A DNA stretch of 61,645 bases, filler included, from Choristocarpus tenellus KU-1152 (taxonomy: Eukaryota; Protista; Phaeophyceae): NCBI GenBank assembly GCA_964200185.2. It is 13 parts of 13 records of this genome, joined end to end, with 100 filler letters (N's around TTAATTAATTAA, not from the genome) between each part and the next. Parts side by side here need not be neighbours in the genome. Positions count along the whole stretch, not along the records: positions 45,589 to 49,420 come from CAXNAD020017683.1; positions 49,521 to 54,958 come from CAXNAD020010778.1; positions 55,059 to 57,622 come from CAXNAD020026744.1; positions 57,723 to 61,645 come from CAXNAD020017124.1; 9 more parts are not named here. One strand, written 5' to 3'. Position 1 is the first letter of the stretch, and every line of letters begins with the position of its first letter. The translations under genes were made by a program, and so were the position numbers. Positions 47,451 to 60,400 of this stretch are shown here, one piece after another. Below the pieces are notes generated by a model that saw nothing but the letters and a program-made list of their open reading frames with translations, did not search any database and was not told the origin of the DNA.

Positions 47451-49576
47451 CCTTCATCGCATTCTGATATGACTGGACACACTGCTCACGACAACTGTAA
47501 AATTCCAACTGGACACTTGAACGGACAATGTTGGTGGCTCAACTCTCAAGACAACATGAGGTGACCGTGTGGGCACTTAACAATTATCACTGAAGGGCAT
47601 GTTAAGAGTCCTCAACAACAAACTGGATTATGTAGGTAGTCCAGAATGTTCACCTGGTATCAGAAACACAAGGGTAAGGAGATCAGGTAGGTTTGAGAAG
47701 TTGAAGGAGAAAGGGTCATTGAGGAAGGGGGATGACCCAGTTAAGTAGAGTGAAAGGTGTGTGTGGAGGAACAAAATACAGAATGTTGGACCCAGATGGA
47801 AGTAGAGTTGTGCATACAGGAGAAGCAATAACGTTTGAGATAGCTACTATTCAGACCCCAGAGACCTCAGCAATAGCGTAGGATCAGGAGCAACAGCAGG
47901 TCCCATATCAAGATAAGGAGAAGGTAACTTTTCGAAAAGATGTGCATTCAATGCACCAAGAGAATAGCCTGGGGTGTAAGTTATACTTCGAATCAGTCAA
48001 AAGGATGTGTTCAACCCCCCTGCAACCTCCTCGGCCCTCTCATGTCGCTGCAACTTTAGTGTACAACATACACACGCAAGTAGAAACCAATTTGGACCCT
48101 TTTGCATTCTAAGCCATCTTTCTTATCCTGTCCAATATATTATATTTCACTGCTTCATGTACACAATAATGTGTACACAAAATTGATATTCCCCTTTTCC
48201 ACAAACAAAGTGACACCACAATTCAGGAAAGCCTCCTTCTGCAATTGTTCAAAATGGAGTAATTTTCCCCTTTCTAACGATCCTTAAAATGCAACCCTCC
48301 CTACCTCTAGGTTTTACTTTGGAGTCTTCGTCACTTACAAGCAGTGAACTTGAACCTGTGTTTTTGTAGAGGTTAGTCGTTTCATGGTGATCAATAATTA
48401 CAATTCATGAAAACGAGATGTGATGTGATGAATAGCCACCTCTAGCACACACGAGTGTTAATGTGGTTAGAGATACCATGATCTCTTCACCTCCGCATGT
48501 GTCCAATCGTCCAAACGAGGAGAGTTGAGAAAAAATATATAATCTATTACTAATCTATCTAGACATACACCAACATGCATGTGTAGTCTATTTTGCAAAC
48601 GATTGATAGACTTGATATTCAGAAAATGTCAAGTGAAACCTGGTTGTGAACAAGTTAATATTATCTTTACAAAAAGATACACTCATCTATGACAAAACGA
48701 CCTACAATCAATTGTCTAACGATAAGGTCAAACCTAAGTAAAGAATCATGATACATGGCTAGCATAAGATCTTGGTCAAGACAGACGAGTCAGGGGAAAA
48801 GGAAGGCGAGAATCTGCTCCAGACGTACATGCAATGGTCTCTTTACTTAGATGATAGGTTGAATTACGGCAATGCAAGATATACAGACCATACAAAGGAG
48901 TATGGTACCAGTATCATGAATTCTCAAATCAAGACTGTTTGGGACGAGAACGAGAATTTTACTGAATTTGTCCAATCCATTTACTGCATGATAGGCTGCA
49001 ATCATTTCAAGGCATTGTGGGATCCGTTCTGCTCTTTTTGAAGGTCATAAGAGGGTCCATAACCACAAAAGCGAAGGCGATAGTTAATATTTGTAAACAA
49101 AATACGACCAGGACCAAGTCTATGTCCAACAATTGGTATCAGTAGTGTACTGACCAATAACTGATAGAGGGACTTGATGGTCGATGTGCAATATAGGCTG
49201 GTAGTCTATATGGTTTATACGTGTTTAGTGAACACTACGAGACAACAGGAATTTTGGCTAAGTGGAACAAGTGTCATTGACTTGAGTTCGTGTGCGTGAA
49301 GTAATGAGGTCGAATCGCAGATGATCGATTTCTTATTGCTTGATATAATTGGACTGATGGAGGAGTTCTGACATAGTACTAGCTACACAGGATAAGTGAC
49401 ATGGTACGATGTAACGGCAGNNNNNNNNNNNNNNNNNNNNNNNNNNNNNNNNNNNNNNNNNNNNTTAATTAATTAANNNNNNNNNNNNNNNNNNNNNNNN
49501 NNNNNNNNNNNNNNNNNNNNAAAAAAAAAAAGGGAAGAGGGGAAGAAAAAAAAAAAAAAAACAAAAAGGAGGGGAG

Positions 49577-49632
<56 letters not shown>

Positions 49633-49883
49633 ACAGAAGGAAAAAAAAAAGAGGGCAATGATGGTATCTTGCTGAGGTAGATAAGGAACTGAGAATGGAG
49701 GGCTACTGCAACCATATGTTTTATATGGCAAATCCTGACCTTGTCGGTACAGGAGAGATTAAACCTTGTAGATCAGGTAATAGTGGTAATAGTGGTGGTG
49801 TGTTGACACAATTATACTATTGGGTTATTATTTTTACTATTACTATGGCACATGGATAGCTACTATCTACTATGCCACCAACA

Positions 49884-49933
49884 CCAAAGTCATTGAAGGC
49901 CAAAGTCATTGAAGGCCAAAGTCATTGAAGGCC
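49884..49933. repeat. 16-bp tandem repeat x3 (ccaaagtcattgaagg)
   Basis: Directly visible. Confidence 0.9.
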
Positions 49934-50054
49934 ATGGGCACATCAACGGTGCAAACATCCAAGAAAAAAAAAACTGTGAATTCTCAACAAACCTACTAAC
50001 AAACCGATATACTCTCCGGTCACATTGAGGCGTGAGAGTGACAAAGTGAGGTCC

Positions 50055-50250
50055 CCAAAGAGTGATAAATAGGAGTTATATATGGGAGTGATAAATAGGA
50101 GAGTGAGACACACCAAAGAGTGATAAATGGGAGTGATAAATAGGAGAGTGAGACACACCAAAGAGTGATAAATGGGAGTGATAAATAGGAGAGTGAGACA
50201 CACCAAAGAGTGATAAATAGGAGTGATAAATAGGAGTGATAAATAGGAGA
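50055..50250. repeat. Hierarchical minisatellite: 45-bp units built on a 13-bp gagtgataaatRg subunit
   Basis: gagtgataaataggagagtgagacacaccaaa occurs three times, interleaved with gagtgataaatRg runs. It explains the repetitive ORFs at 49943-50320. Confidence 0.92.
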
Positions 50251-50332
50251 CACAACAAACCCAGTTAAAAAAGGTAAGGTAATATCGAAGTAGTTGCTCA
50301 CTGTAGCGCAACACAGACAAAAGTATACTACC

Positions 50333-50360
50333 TTAGGGTTAGGGTTAGGGTTAGGGTTAG
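50333..50360 (+). repeat. Interstitial telomeric repeat (TTAGGG)4+
   Basis: ttagggttagggttagggttagggttag. Confidence 0.9.
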
Positions 50361-50643
50361 TCTAAAACGGGATTTGACTAGGGTTGGGGTAAGGGTCTCA
50401 GCAGTGAGATGAGAGGATGTGGAAGATTTTTTCGACCTGAAGGGATGCGATAATTTCATGATGGTATGCGACACTTCTGGAGAACATCTGATAGATTTGA
50501 AACAAAACGAAACTCAGCCTCATGTAACACCTTGCCAACCCTAACCCTAACTCATGTGACACCTTGCCAACCCTAATGCTAACACAACATCCATCCACTC
50601 ACAACCTACACAGAGCGATCCTGGATGGCGTGTGTGGCACCTC

Positions 50644-50735
50644 AAAGACATGTTCTTGAAAGACATTCCCTAGAAAGACATGCTCTTGAAAGACATGCTC
50701 TTGAAATATATTCTCTTGAAAGACATGTTCTTGAA
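50644..50735. repeat. 15-bp tandem repeat x6 (aaagacatgYtcttg)
   Basis: Directly visible. It produces the spurious LERH peptide repeat. Confidence 0.9.
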
Positions 50736-50817
50736 CTGTATGCCAAAAAAGTAGGTAGGGTATGTGAACCTTCAACAACTAACATACGTACTTCTCTCTT
50801 CTCCATAACAGCATACT

Positions 50818-50866
50818 CTAACCCTAACCCTAACCCTAACCCTAACCCTAACCCTAACCCTAACCC
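50818..50866 (-). repeat. Interstitial telomeric repeat (CCCTAA), about 8 units
   Basis: Perfect run of ctaacc units. Confidence 0.92.
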
Positions 50867-51566
50867 TTAAGTGATGACTTCTCAACACACCATAAGCGTC
50901 ACTCTAACCCTAGCCCTAAACCAAAACCCTCAGGAGTGGAAGGCGTTTTGGTGGTCATTGGTACAAGCACCTCCATCACACGCTGTGGTCAAAGTCAATA
51001 GTAGTACTCAACACTGAGAGATAGCCCTAACCCTAAAACCCCCAAAACCTCTTGGAGGTCAAGGCAAAGGACTGATTGGTGAGAAATGATCTTCTTGAGA
51101 GATGATCTTACCATCTTTACTTCTGAGATTCTTGACATTGTGATGATGCAGTCATCTTACATCTTACCATAGGTGGGTTCTTCTATTTGAACATCTACAA
51201 TTGGTCCATTCTTCTGCCTACTTGAAGAGAGGACGTCCTCCTGAGGTGATCTTGTCGAAGAGGTCAAAGTTCCACACCTCAGACCATATTCAATCCCCCA
51301 CACGCCCCACATGATACCATATACTCACAAAAATGAAATTACATTAAAAAAAAAGTAGTAATAATAATGAACTGTGAAAGAACCATACTAAAAAACTCAC
51401 AACAAAATAAAATAAAATATTTTTTTGAAAACATATCAGTTAGGGTTAGGGCTAGATATACAGGTGAGTCAAATAAAAAAAAATGCACAAAATCGCCACA
51501 TTTTTCATTTTGCTTCACATATCAGATTTTTATTTGAGGCACCGAATATAACATAAAGTAACTAAA

Positions 51567-51616
<50 letters not shown>

Positions 51617-52385
51617 TAGGGCGGGGATTGGGATTGGAGGACGCATATAGATAGCACAAGATAGACAGGAGATGAAATGATCGCATAATGTGTTTCACCA
51701 AGCAATGTCGTACTATACTAACACTGAAAAACATACCTACCACTGCCATTAATGTGGGCATGACTCACATATTCATCTATTTATCTCTTTCACAATGTGC
51801 ATCACACCTTGGCCCAGACTGCACAGTACCTTGAAATTGGCCACAGGATGAATAAATTGAAATCTCTCTTGGTTGGGTTGTACCATCTACAATGTACCAG
51901 CTACCAGGTACCATCCACCACCTACGAAATTCAGACAAATAGAAACGAACCTCTGTTCTCGCCCTGCACCAAGACATTGTGCCCCAATACATGAATGCTG
52001 TAGAGCGATGATCCTAAAGTACTCCCGGTGTCTCCTTTCCATCAACCATGATGACACACTGAATGTTTGTAGTACACCAATCATACACTACCATTATCAC
52101 TAAGAAGGTGTGCAAAAAATAAGGTATTTACATGTAATCAATTCAAAGATCGACAAGTATATCAACATGTGTATGTATACACAACCAAGATCAAAAACCC
52201 TAACCTTGAGAATATTGATGCTACAGAATTAGTATTATTCTAGTCTGCTGGATGTTGCTTTCCCTGTCATGAAAGTACACACCTTCAATGTGCTACTAAC
52301 TAACTTAATTCTTATCCCCTCTAAGCTCAACACGGCATCACATCTAGGCCTAGACTAAGCCCATCCCTGAGGATGGACAAAGCAC

Positions 52386-53817
52386 CTGAAAAAAGATGGC
52401 TGCCTGGCTGGGTTCATAGTCAGGTACAAGCTGCACCATGTCTGCCTCAACCAGCATCGCCACCTGTGATAATGCCCACTGCCCCATAACGCAATAATGA
52501 GGACCAGAGCAATCCAATCCAATGGATTGAGAACATGGATTCATTTTCATTGGAGAAGGAGCAATAATAGGAGTATTCTCAACAAGGTTAGGGACAAGGT
52601 TTGGGTATGGATGGATCCAAACAAAGACAATCTTTGCTCTTTTGCAGCCTTTCTCTTGCACTCTTCACGCTGCATAACCTTTCTTCGTCCTACTACCCTC
52701 TCGTGGTCGTTGACAAGCCTAGCCCCTCGACTTGTTGCAAGGTGTTCTAATGGTGTATCGCATGTTTATCTATTAATACAACCACGAGGGTTCAGGATTC
52801 GGGTTGTACAATATACTGGATGTTCCCGCAACATGGTGTTACCCCGCACAGCTGCTGTTTCTTCTAATTAGCGAATTGAAAATAATGAATTACAATAAAG
52901 TTGCATTGTTCGTGCAGCTGTCCATAGCATTGCTGGCCTCTCACAGGACATAAATCTGGTAAGCATCAATTTTCTCGCTGTCCCTCGACCACATGTAGGT
53001 CGCAGCCGCAAACCGCAAAAGGGCGTCAGTAGTGATAATGCATATACTGTCGTATCAACTGCAACGCAGATTCACAACCAAAGCGTAACCCAAGGTCAAT
53101 GTCACTGTCAATACCATGCACTTGATTGCTCCACAGAACGTACAACAGAACGTTCTGGAATCTGAAAATGCATCGGGGGGTTAACGCCTTGCTTAGACCA
53201 GAACAGTAGTCCACTGCATGTTTCACCGTCCTTCTACATAACATTAGTGAGTACATGCATGTCAAGTGTGGGATTGAAATCATCGAGAGGACAAGTGTAT
53301 CAGTACGCACAAGATCGCACAAGGCGGCGAGTGTCGTCGCCTAAGAAACGTCACAGTAGAAAATAGCAAACAGATATATGGTATGTCAACTGCATTGCAA
53401 AAATCGTCAGGGCATTCCCGTCTCCATATCTTCGGCTGAACTCGGGGGCACATTATCCCCTCCACTGTATCACCTGAAACCATGCGAAGAAGGGAGGGTA
53501 ATCCAATGTCCACTTGGACGTCTCATCCCTGTACCACTCCCGTACTGGAAGAGAATGAGTCACAGCCAACCAGTTACGGTGGACCTACGTAGCCAAAGAG
53601 GATAGTGCTGTCGTATTAGATTCGAGGGCGTGTTCTCCTTCAAGGTTTGAATCAAGACGAAACATGGAGAACATCGCCAAGGTTTGCCAAAGCACACTAT
53701 ACCATCCATCACCTCGAAGTCGGTACTTCGGTAGAGTCCAGGTATTAAGAGAAGAAGTTTCAAGGCTGTGGCGCTGGCAAAGACAAGCCTAAGCGAAGGG
53801 AAAGGGCGTTCAGACAT
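52386..53817 (-). CDS. ALG8: Dolichyl-P-glucose alpha-1,3-glucosyltransferase ALG8, first three exons only
   Basis: Exons: 53817-53713 (M...[17 protein letters not shown]), 53584-53474 ([35 protein letters not shown]) and 52478-52386 (WALSQVA...AIFFQ). [12 protein letters not shown] and [11 protein letters not shown] are ALG8 signatures. All GT-AG. Confidence 0.9.
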
Positions 53818-54548
53818 GGTCACAACACCCACTACCTCTGAACATAATGCGCGCGATAGAATGAAGACGCACGATGTGAATAGAAGAAAAGTGAACTTCA
53901 TTAACACCGAACACTACGTTTTGTCCTTAACACTCTCCAACCATATCCAAAACACCTGTTGCATCATAATACTCCAATCCAAATTATATACTAAATTATT
54001 ATGGTGGATATAGTCCTCTCAAAAAGTATACACTTTGAAGTATACTATATACAGTATATATATGAGGGACAGGTTCCTTTATCTCCTGGACACAGATTTT
54101 GTGGATATCGCGCGCAACCATATACATAAGCACGCGTCCACCACGTCATTGAACTTGCCCATATCAACCAGGTCACAAAACCAGGCAACCTTCGAGATCC
54201 AGATATGACCTAGTCAGAAGGAGTCACGAAGATCCATTCCGATCCTGACTGATCCGTTTTCGTAGTGTGACGTTGCTCAGTCATTCTATTGTCACTAAGG
54301 TTTCGGTTCTGATCTGAATTTCCTCAACTGACGTTGGGGTGTTGGGCGAAGACCTGTGAAGCTCAGTCTCACCCTCTCTTTGAGGTGGAAGAGTTCAGTC
54401 TGGTGATTGCCCTTTTGTGGACAACTTTTGAGCCTTGACATTTCCACATACATATAGATCATACACAAGGGCCCAAAGTTTCCATCCCAATGTCTAGGCC
54501 AACCCTACCCCTTCAGCAAAAAAAAATATGCCAAGAAGAGACTTTTTC

Positions 54549-54610
54549 ATACAGGGGGTGTAGCTGTATAAGAGATGTCGATATAAGAGAAAACGGGATA
54601 TAAGAGAGGG
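54549..54610. mobile_element. Possible pogo/Tc1-type TIR end
   Basis: TA followed by CAG..., then three copies of (GA)TATAAGAGA, a layout typical of TA-targeting TIR elements. The partner end is not in this contig. Confidence 0.35.
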
Positions 54611-55095
54611 TGAATTGCCTTGTCACGACTTTTCAGGCTATAAGAGAGGTTTCGGCGTCTTCCTAACAATTTACTCTTATATCCAGCAAACTTGCATTTT
54701 TTTTCGCTACTTGACTGAGGGATTTCCCAAAAAGCCATGAATAAAGTTAAGCAAAATATAACAAAGTAAGGCACAAAGGTCGTTGTGACCAGCAGTGTTA
54801 CAGGCAAATAGCGCGAGCTTTTCTTCTTGTATTTCAACGAAGAGCAAACATTTGTTACACGCGAATAGCGCGAGCATTTTCTTGTTATGTTTCAGGAAAT
54901 ACGAACATTTGTAACAGACGTAGAGTGTAAGGATTGTTTCTTGAGTTCTGACAAGTACNNNNNNNNNNNNNNNNNNNNNNNNNNNNNNNNNNNNNNNNNN
55001 NNTTAATTAATTAANNNNNNNNNNNNNNNNNNNNNNNNNNNNNNNNNNNNNNNNNNNNCTCCCCTCCCGACTTGTTGCTCCATAAATCTAGTTGC

Positions 55096-57483
55096 TCACA
55101 TCACCACCCCTTCCCCAAAGTTCATGGTTAATCCTGTTCCCTCCATGGAAGCTTTATACAATGCATCAAATGCCTCCGACTGCCTAACTGTGAAAACATC
55201 TCGCCAGCCCCCGGCGCCACCCTTCCGGATGTGGCTAAAACCAACAACTTGGGCAACCTTCTTGTTCCCCTTCATGGAAGAGATGCTCGACGACTCGCAC
55301 ACCTGTTGGAGTGTTTGAAAGAGGCAGTTTCTATTTTAGTATAGACAGGTATGAAGCACACTAAATGAGACATACGCATGTGCTAGGCTAGATTGAAGCA
55401 CGATGATCATCTCTTGGTTGACATAGTATCATTGAGGTGGAATTTCTGAAGTAGAACAAACCTGCTGAAGGGATGAATCTCTAGATACTGGACTTTTTCG
55501 TTGGAACAGGAATTTTGTCCAAAGCTGAACGGGAGACATAGTTAAAGTTAGAGTTAGGGTTAAGGTTAAGTTTATAATTGCAATCATCTCCTATCAAAGC
55601 GTTAGGAAACACTTGTTGGGAACTGACATCCAAAATGCAGTGGATCAGTTTTCTGAGTCTGAGCAACACCTATAAAGCATCCCGTCAGGGAGCACACTTT
55701 TCACACAAGTAAATATAGTATCTCATGTTCAATTTTTAAAAATTCAACATTTACAGGTTTGTTAGCATTGAGAAAACCACGCCTTGGTAAGCACTTGACT
55801 GATGACACCATGATACGTGTAGCCTATAACGTGTTACCTTCTCCAAGAGCTGATCGTCATAGGCAATGCCCACAAAGTCAGCAATCTTGCCCACGCTGGC
55901 GCTGGGGTTGGCCAACATGTCCTCATAGCACAAGAACAGGACATGCTCTGGGTCAACCTTGGAGGCTTCATACCACTCAAGCACATGGTCAAACCAAGAA
56001 GAGTTCTCAGCCCTGCGAAAGGAATAATTAACGATGGGAAAAAATACTCAAGTGTGTGGTGTGTGCAAGGAAGAGTCTGGGTGAGAGAGGAGTAATGGGA
56101 GCTCATTCAACTCCAGTGTGCATGTCCACAGCTTATCTGTAAGGATAAAAAGTGCAAAGGAGATGGCCACCAAAGGCGTTTGTTCTGGCCTCCAGTCTTC
56201 CACTGCCAGAAAAACCTTGTACCAGGGCAGTGTCACCAATACAAAATATTCATGGTCATCCCTTCAGCAGTGCAACACTTGGAAACAAAGATGGTTGTCA
56301 AAGCAAGCCAACCCCTCATGCTCTTGAAACATCATCCTGTTTCTTCCCACGCATAACCTCATCATCTTCCAACCCCCTTCCAATAATTTGTGTATCCTTC
56401 TCCTGCCTAACCTGCCCTCGGCAAAGAGGTGGAGCATGTCATCGAACTTCCCAGTGAACTCAAAGTCCGGTTTGTTCTTGGCATGGTGGAAGAGGCTCAC
56501 ACACACATCCTTTGGGTTACGGGCAATGTATATCACCTAACATTCACAGAAATATATGTGGAAGATAGGTAGGATGAAGGAAGGAGAGAGGAGGGGAGAT
56601 AAAGCTATGCTGTTCTATAGAAGGGCAGTGGTGATGATAGGAGTTGGTAGAACCTGCAGCAGTCTAGCTAGAGATGTTGGGAGAGAGCCCTCAAAAAGTG
56701 GTTCATTTTCTATGTATGTGTTGAATACCTTCATTAGAAACACGAGAAACGGCTTCAGTTTGGACATTTACTCAAGACAACGATTCTAGGTACAAAAAGA
56801 TGAATTTCATCTCTTTTCTTTTTTAAGGGTCATGATGGAACAGTCCAATGATGCTTAAATGTAGGACTTCATCATTGTGCATTCCAGATGCAATACCTCA
56901 ATCATGCAAACACAGCTCGAGAATAGAATGTCCTTCCAAGTCTTGTTCACTACCAAATTGTCAGGGACAACATACCCACAGCATTGTTGCCACTGGGACT
57001 TGCAGATTTCAACACTTAGATTTGCACTGGGGAGATACCTACCTTTCTCCTGTACACGGCTGGGATTGGACTCATGTTCTCAAAAGATTATCTGCGCTGC
57101 ACTATTGTTGACTAAAAGTATATTTTATGGTGAGCACCTTGAGCAGTCTGTATAAATCACACACACACACGCAGATAAGTATGGTATTTACAGTTTAGGT
57201 CACTGCTCACGCAATGAGGATAAAACACCTACTATATGGGAAGGTACTTTGGACAAAATACAGACTCTATATTTCTGTTTCTTTATCCTCCCTGACAATG
57301 TATGCAGAATGTCAGTGGCCTTATGGAAACATGTGCTAGAAACTCACAACAGGTGCCCCTCGCCCTCTTTCTCACCTTGACCCCTGGGGCTGAACCAGCC
57401 GGTAAGTCCTTGACATTAGCGTGAGTCTTGAAGAACCGACGCTTAGTGGTTGAGTTCAACAGATCAAGCGTCCATCCCGGCGC
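55096..57483 (-). CDS. PAPS-dependent sulfotransferase (cytosolic SULT-like), 5'-truncated, 4 exons
   Basis: Exons: 57483-57376 (RRFFKTH), 56536-56412 (IYIARNPKDVCVS, 3'-PB motif), 56012-55838 (WFDHVLEWY...LCYEDM) and 55302-55096 (RKGGAGGW...stop). GT-AG and phases are consistent. Confidence 0.94.
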
Positions 57484-60400
57484 CTAGTGTAATTGTGGTA
57501 GTGTAATTGTGGTAGTTCCAGCCAAAGGATGAGGGCGGTAAGAGTGGAGGAGAGACAAGCACAAGGGGGGGAGGGAGTAGGAAGGGTACTTTGAAAGTAC
57601 AAGCCAGGGGGGAAAGGGGACTNNNNNNNNNNNNNNNNNNNNNNNNNNNNNNNNNNNNNNNNNNNNTTAATTAATTAANNNNNNNNNNNNNNNNNNNNNN
57701 NNNNNNNNNNNNNNNNNNNNNNGCCCGGTGATTCTCTTCGCCACCCTTGCCTGAGTGAACCACGCCGCCACAGAATCACACGATTCACACATATATCATA
57801 TTATTCTCTCTGACACTTTGTAGATGTGTCAGGGGAAAAGTCAACAATAACTATATACATGTCAGAATAACCCCCAAGAAAGTAACCGTAGTTGTAATAA
57901 ATGTGAAAAACATTAATCTATTCGCTATTTTGCTACCAGTTATCTACATTGTTCCCTTCCTGTGCCTCTAAACTAGGTTAGTCTTGTACTCCAGGGTGAG
58001 GCGCTAGGGAGCCATCCCACGAACCTAACAAATCCTTCCTTGCCCATCTCCCTGGTGTCTCCAGTTTATTGACCGCACCATTATTTTGTTTGGACAACAT
58101 TTATTTGACGTACCATTTATTTCCTACACCATCATCCTATATATTTATTATTATTATGCCCTTTGACTTTTTTTGCAGATGAGCCACATATATTGTGATG
58201 CTTTCCGACATATCTCGGCATGTCCGAAAATGAATAAATCCATGAATATGCAGTGGCGAACCATTCATTCATTGGAACGAAATATGTAAGGTTTCAACTT
58301 CAAGTAGCCTTTGAAATGTATTTTTCCATATATCTGTATTTTCGAAATCTATTCATTCCAACCTCAAAATTCCCCCAAACAGGAACTTACCAATCATCAA
58401 TCACTGGTCGCATATTCATTTCCAATTATTTCTTAGTATTTAGTCCAATTTTGTCAAGAGTACGGATGTAGAAGTGATACGTACTTTAAACTATAGCAGG
58501 TGTGACAACGTTAATTATTTTCAAACATTTCATTATTCGTTTGTCTTGGAAGAAATATATTCCATGTTTTTTCAGAACTTTGAAATGAGAAATTTTGGAG
58601 TGAATTTATGTGAGAGATAACCGTATCAAAGTTTCTATCTTTGATACTACACATTTCGGGAAACACCTACGTGAACGAACTACTGCCTTCATTCTCTATA
58701 AGGGAGTTTCTCATTATAGGTGACCCTTCCGTGGGTCCTCCACTTCACAGGAACAACTTCACAAGAACAATCTCGTGGGGTTGTTTCTTGGTTCCCTCTT
58801 GCACTTGACACCCCAGGCATCGCATCTCCCCAGGACAGCTTGTACTGCCTGGGATTTGGAGATGGTGAACTCAAACATCTCGATGATAAACATCTTCTCT
58901 TCCTTGAAAGGGTAAATCTCACCATTGCAAGAGAGTTCGAGAGCCACCTGGTTGGTTAGGTGAGTGTAGGGGGGCATGTGATTGGAGTAAATTTGTTTTG
59001 TGTTGGTGACTTATCTTTGTACGATGACTATCCATGGTGTGTGCGCGTGGAAGAGGACCGAAAGTGAAACCACAACAGATGTACATCCCCGCTTTGAGGT
59101 TCGATTCGCTTGCTGAATGAATATTGTTATTGGTTGGGTATTAAATCAACGCCAGCAAAATCATGCAGATTGTGTGTGTTCTTATTCATGAACAAATGTT
59201 ACCTCCTTGATAAGCGCCACGATGCCTGTATATCTATATATATCCCTTGCAGGCGGAGCGAGACCCAAGAACCATCAATATATAGCAATGCTTGGGGTCT
59301 CATTGAGATATCTTGCCCTGAAAGCAGTCTCAACTCTGATCAGCAATGGCTGAAAAAAACTGGCTGGAGATGATGGACATGACGGTTGTTCGGAGGTTTC
59401 TGGGGCCCTTATCGAGTCGGGTGGAAACGTAGTGCTCAAAAACTTTGTTGAGGTCGAACCAAACTGGTAGTGGCATGATCTGTGCATTCTTCTTGATGGC
59501 AATTGAGGCCTTGAATACCACGTACATGATAGCGCTTCGAAATGGTAGCGATATACCTCACCACGTTTGCCGACATATCTGCAGCAGTTGGCACTGCACC
59601 ACGTGTACTTTAAATGACTCCACCACTTAGGCGCCATATCCCTGCCGACCTAACGTTCCGTGAGCGCTAACCCCGCGATTGCAGCTCCTCATACTGCCCA
59701 CCGATCTCTTACTAGTTCCGAATGCAGCAGGATGAATTATTGGGTGCTCTAGACAACTTATCTTCCAACCAGATTAAAATGTAAGTCTGGTTTTTAATAT
59801 TGGAGAAACTTTGGAAATTTACTCTTCAGTAGATATCGCGGCGTAGGTGTGAAAGAGTTTGTTGCTCTTGATTGGAGCAGATATGGGACTATGATTGCAT
59901 GACTTGAACACAACGGATACTCTGCATACCCCTCTGAGAACGTCTCCACCCTAGGCGCACAAGCCAAACCAGGCAATCCATGGGTCAAGGCGGTGAACCA
60001 AGTGGGTGATATATTGTCCCGTTCAATCAAAGATGTGCGGCAATACAAGATTCCACTGAGGAAATGATAGGACGTCTGGACAATTTGAAAGATGGTCTTC
60101 CGACAAACAGGTGTGTACTTCGATCCCTGAGTCAGTACATTGTGCTTACGTGTATCACACCAGTGATTGCTTCCCACAATATGGTACTATCTTACAGTTT
60201 GTTGTAGTGGTGTCTTTTGAACACTTTGTTCCGAATGTTCATCGATGTAGAAGGTGGTAGATCGACTGGAATATTATGTTGCTGTACAGGGTCCAGTCCG
60301 TAACTAAAGGCTTGTCTAGTGTATTGTGTGAGTAGCCAGGTGGAGAAATCTGCGCTAAAGGCTTGTCTGGGAAGGGGGCATTATTTTGTGTTTCGAAAAG

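Noticed and set aside
49943-50870. Repetitive ORFs (LFITPIYHSL, LERH, NPNP)
   Set aside because: They are translations of minisatellites and telomeric repeats.
52386-57483. ALG8 plus sulfotransferase as a glycan-sulfation gene cluster
   Set aside because: They are on different contigs separated by the linker at 54959-55058, so adjacency is not evidence of linkage.
58690-59640. MuDR/SWIM-like Cys/His fragments
   Set aside because: No complete motif in any frame and the order is inconsistent. It may be decayed TE sequence but cannot be assigned.
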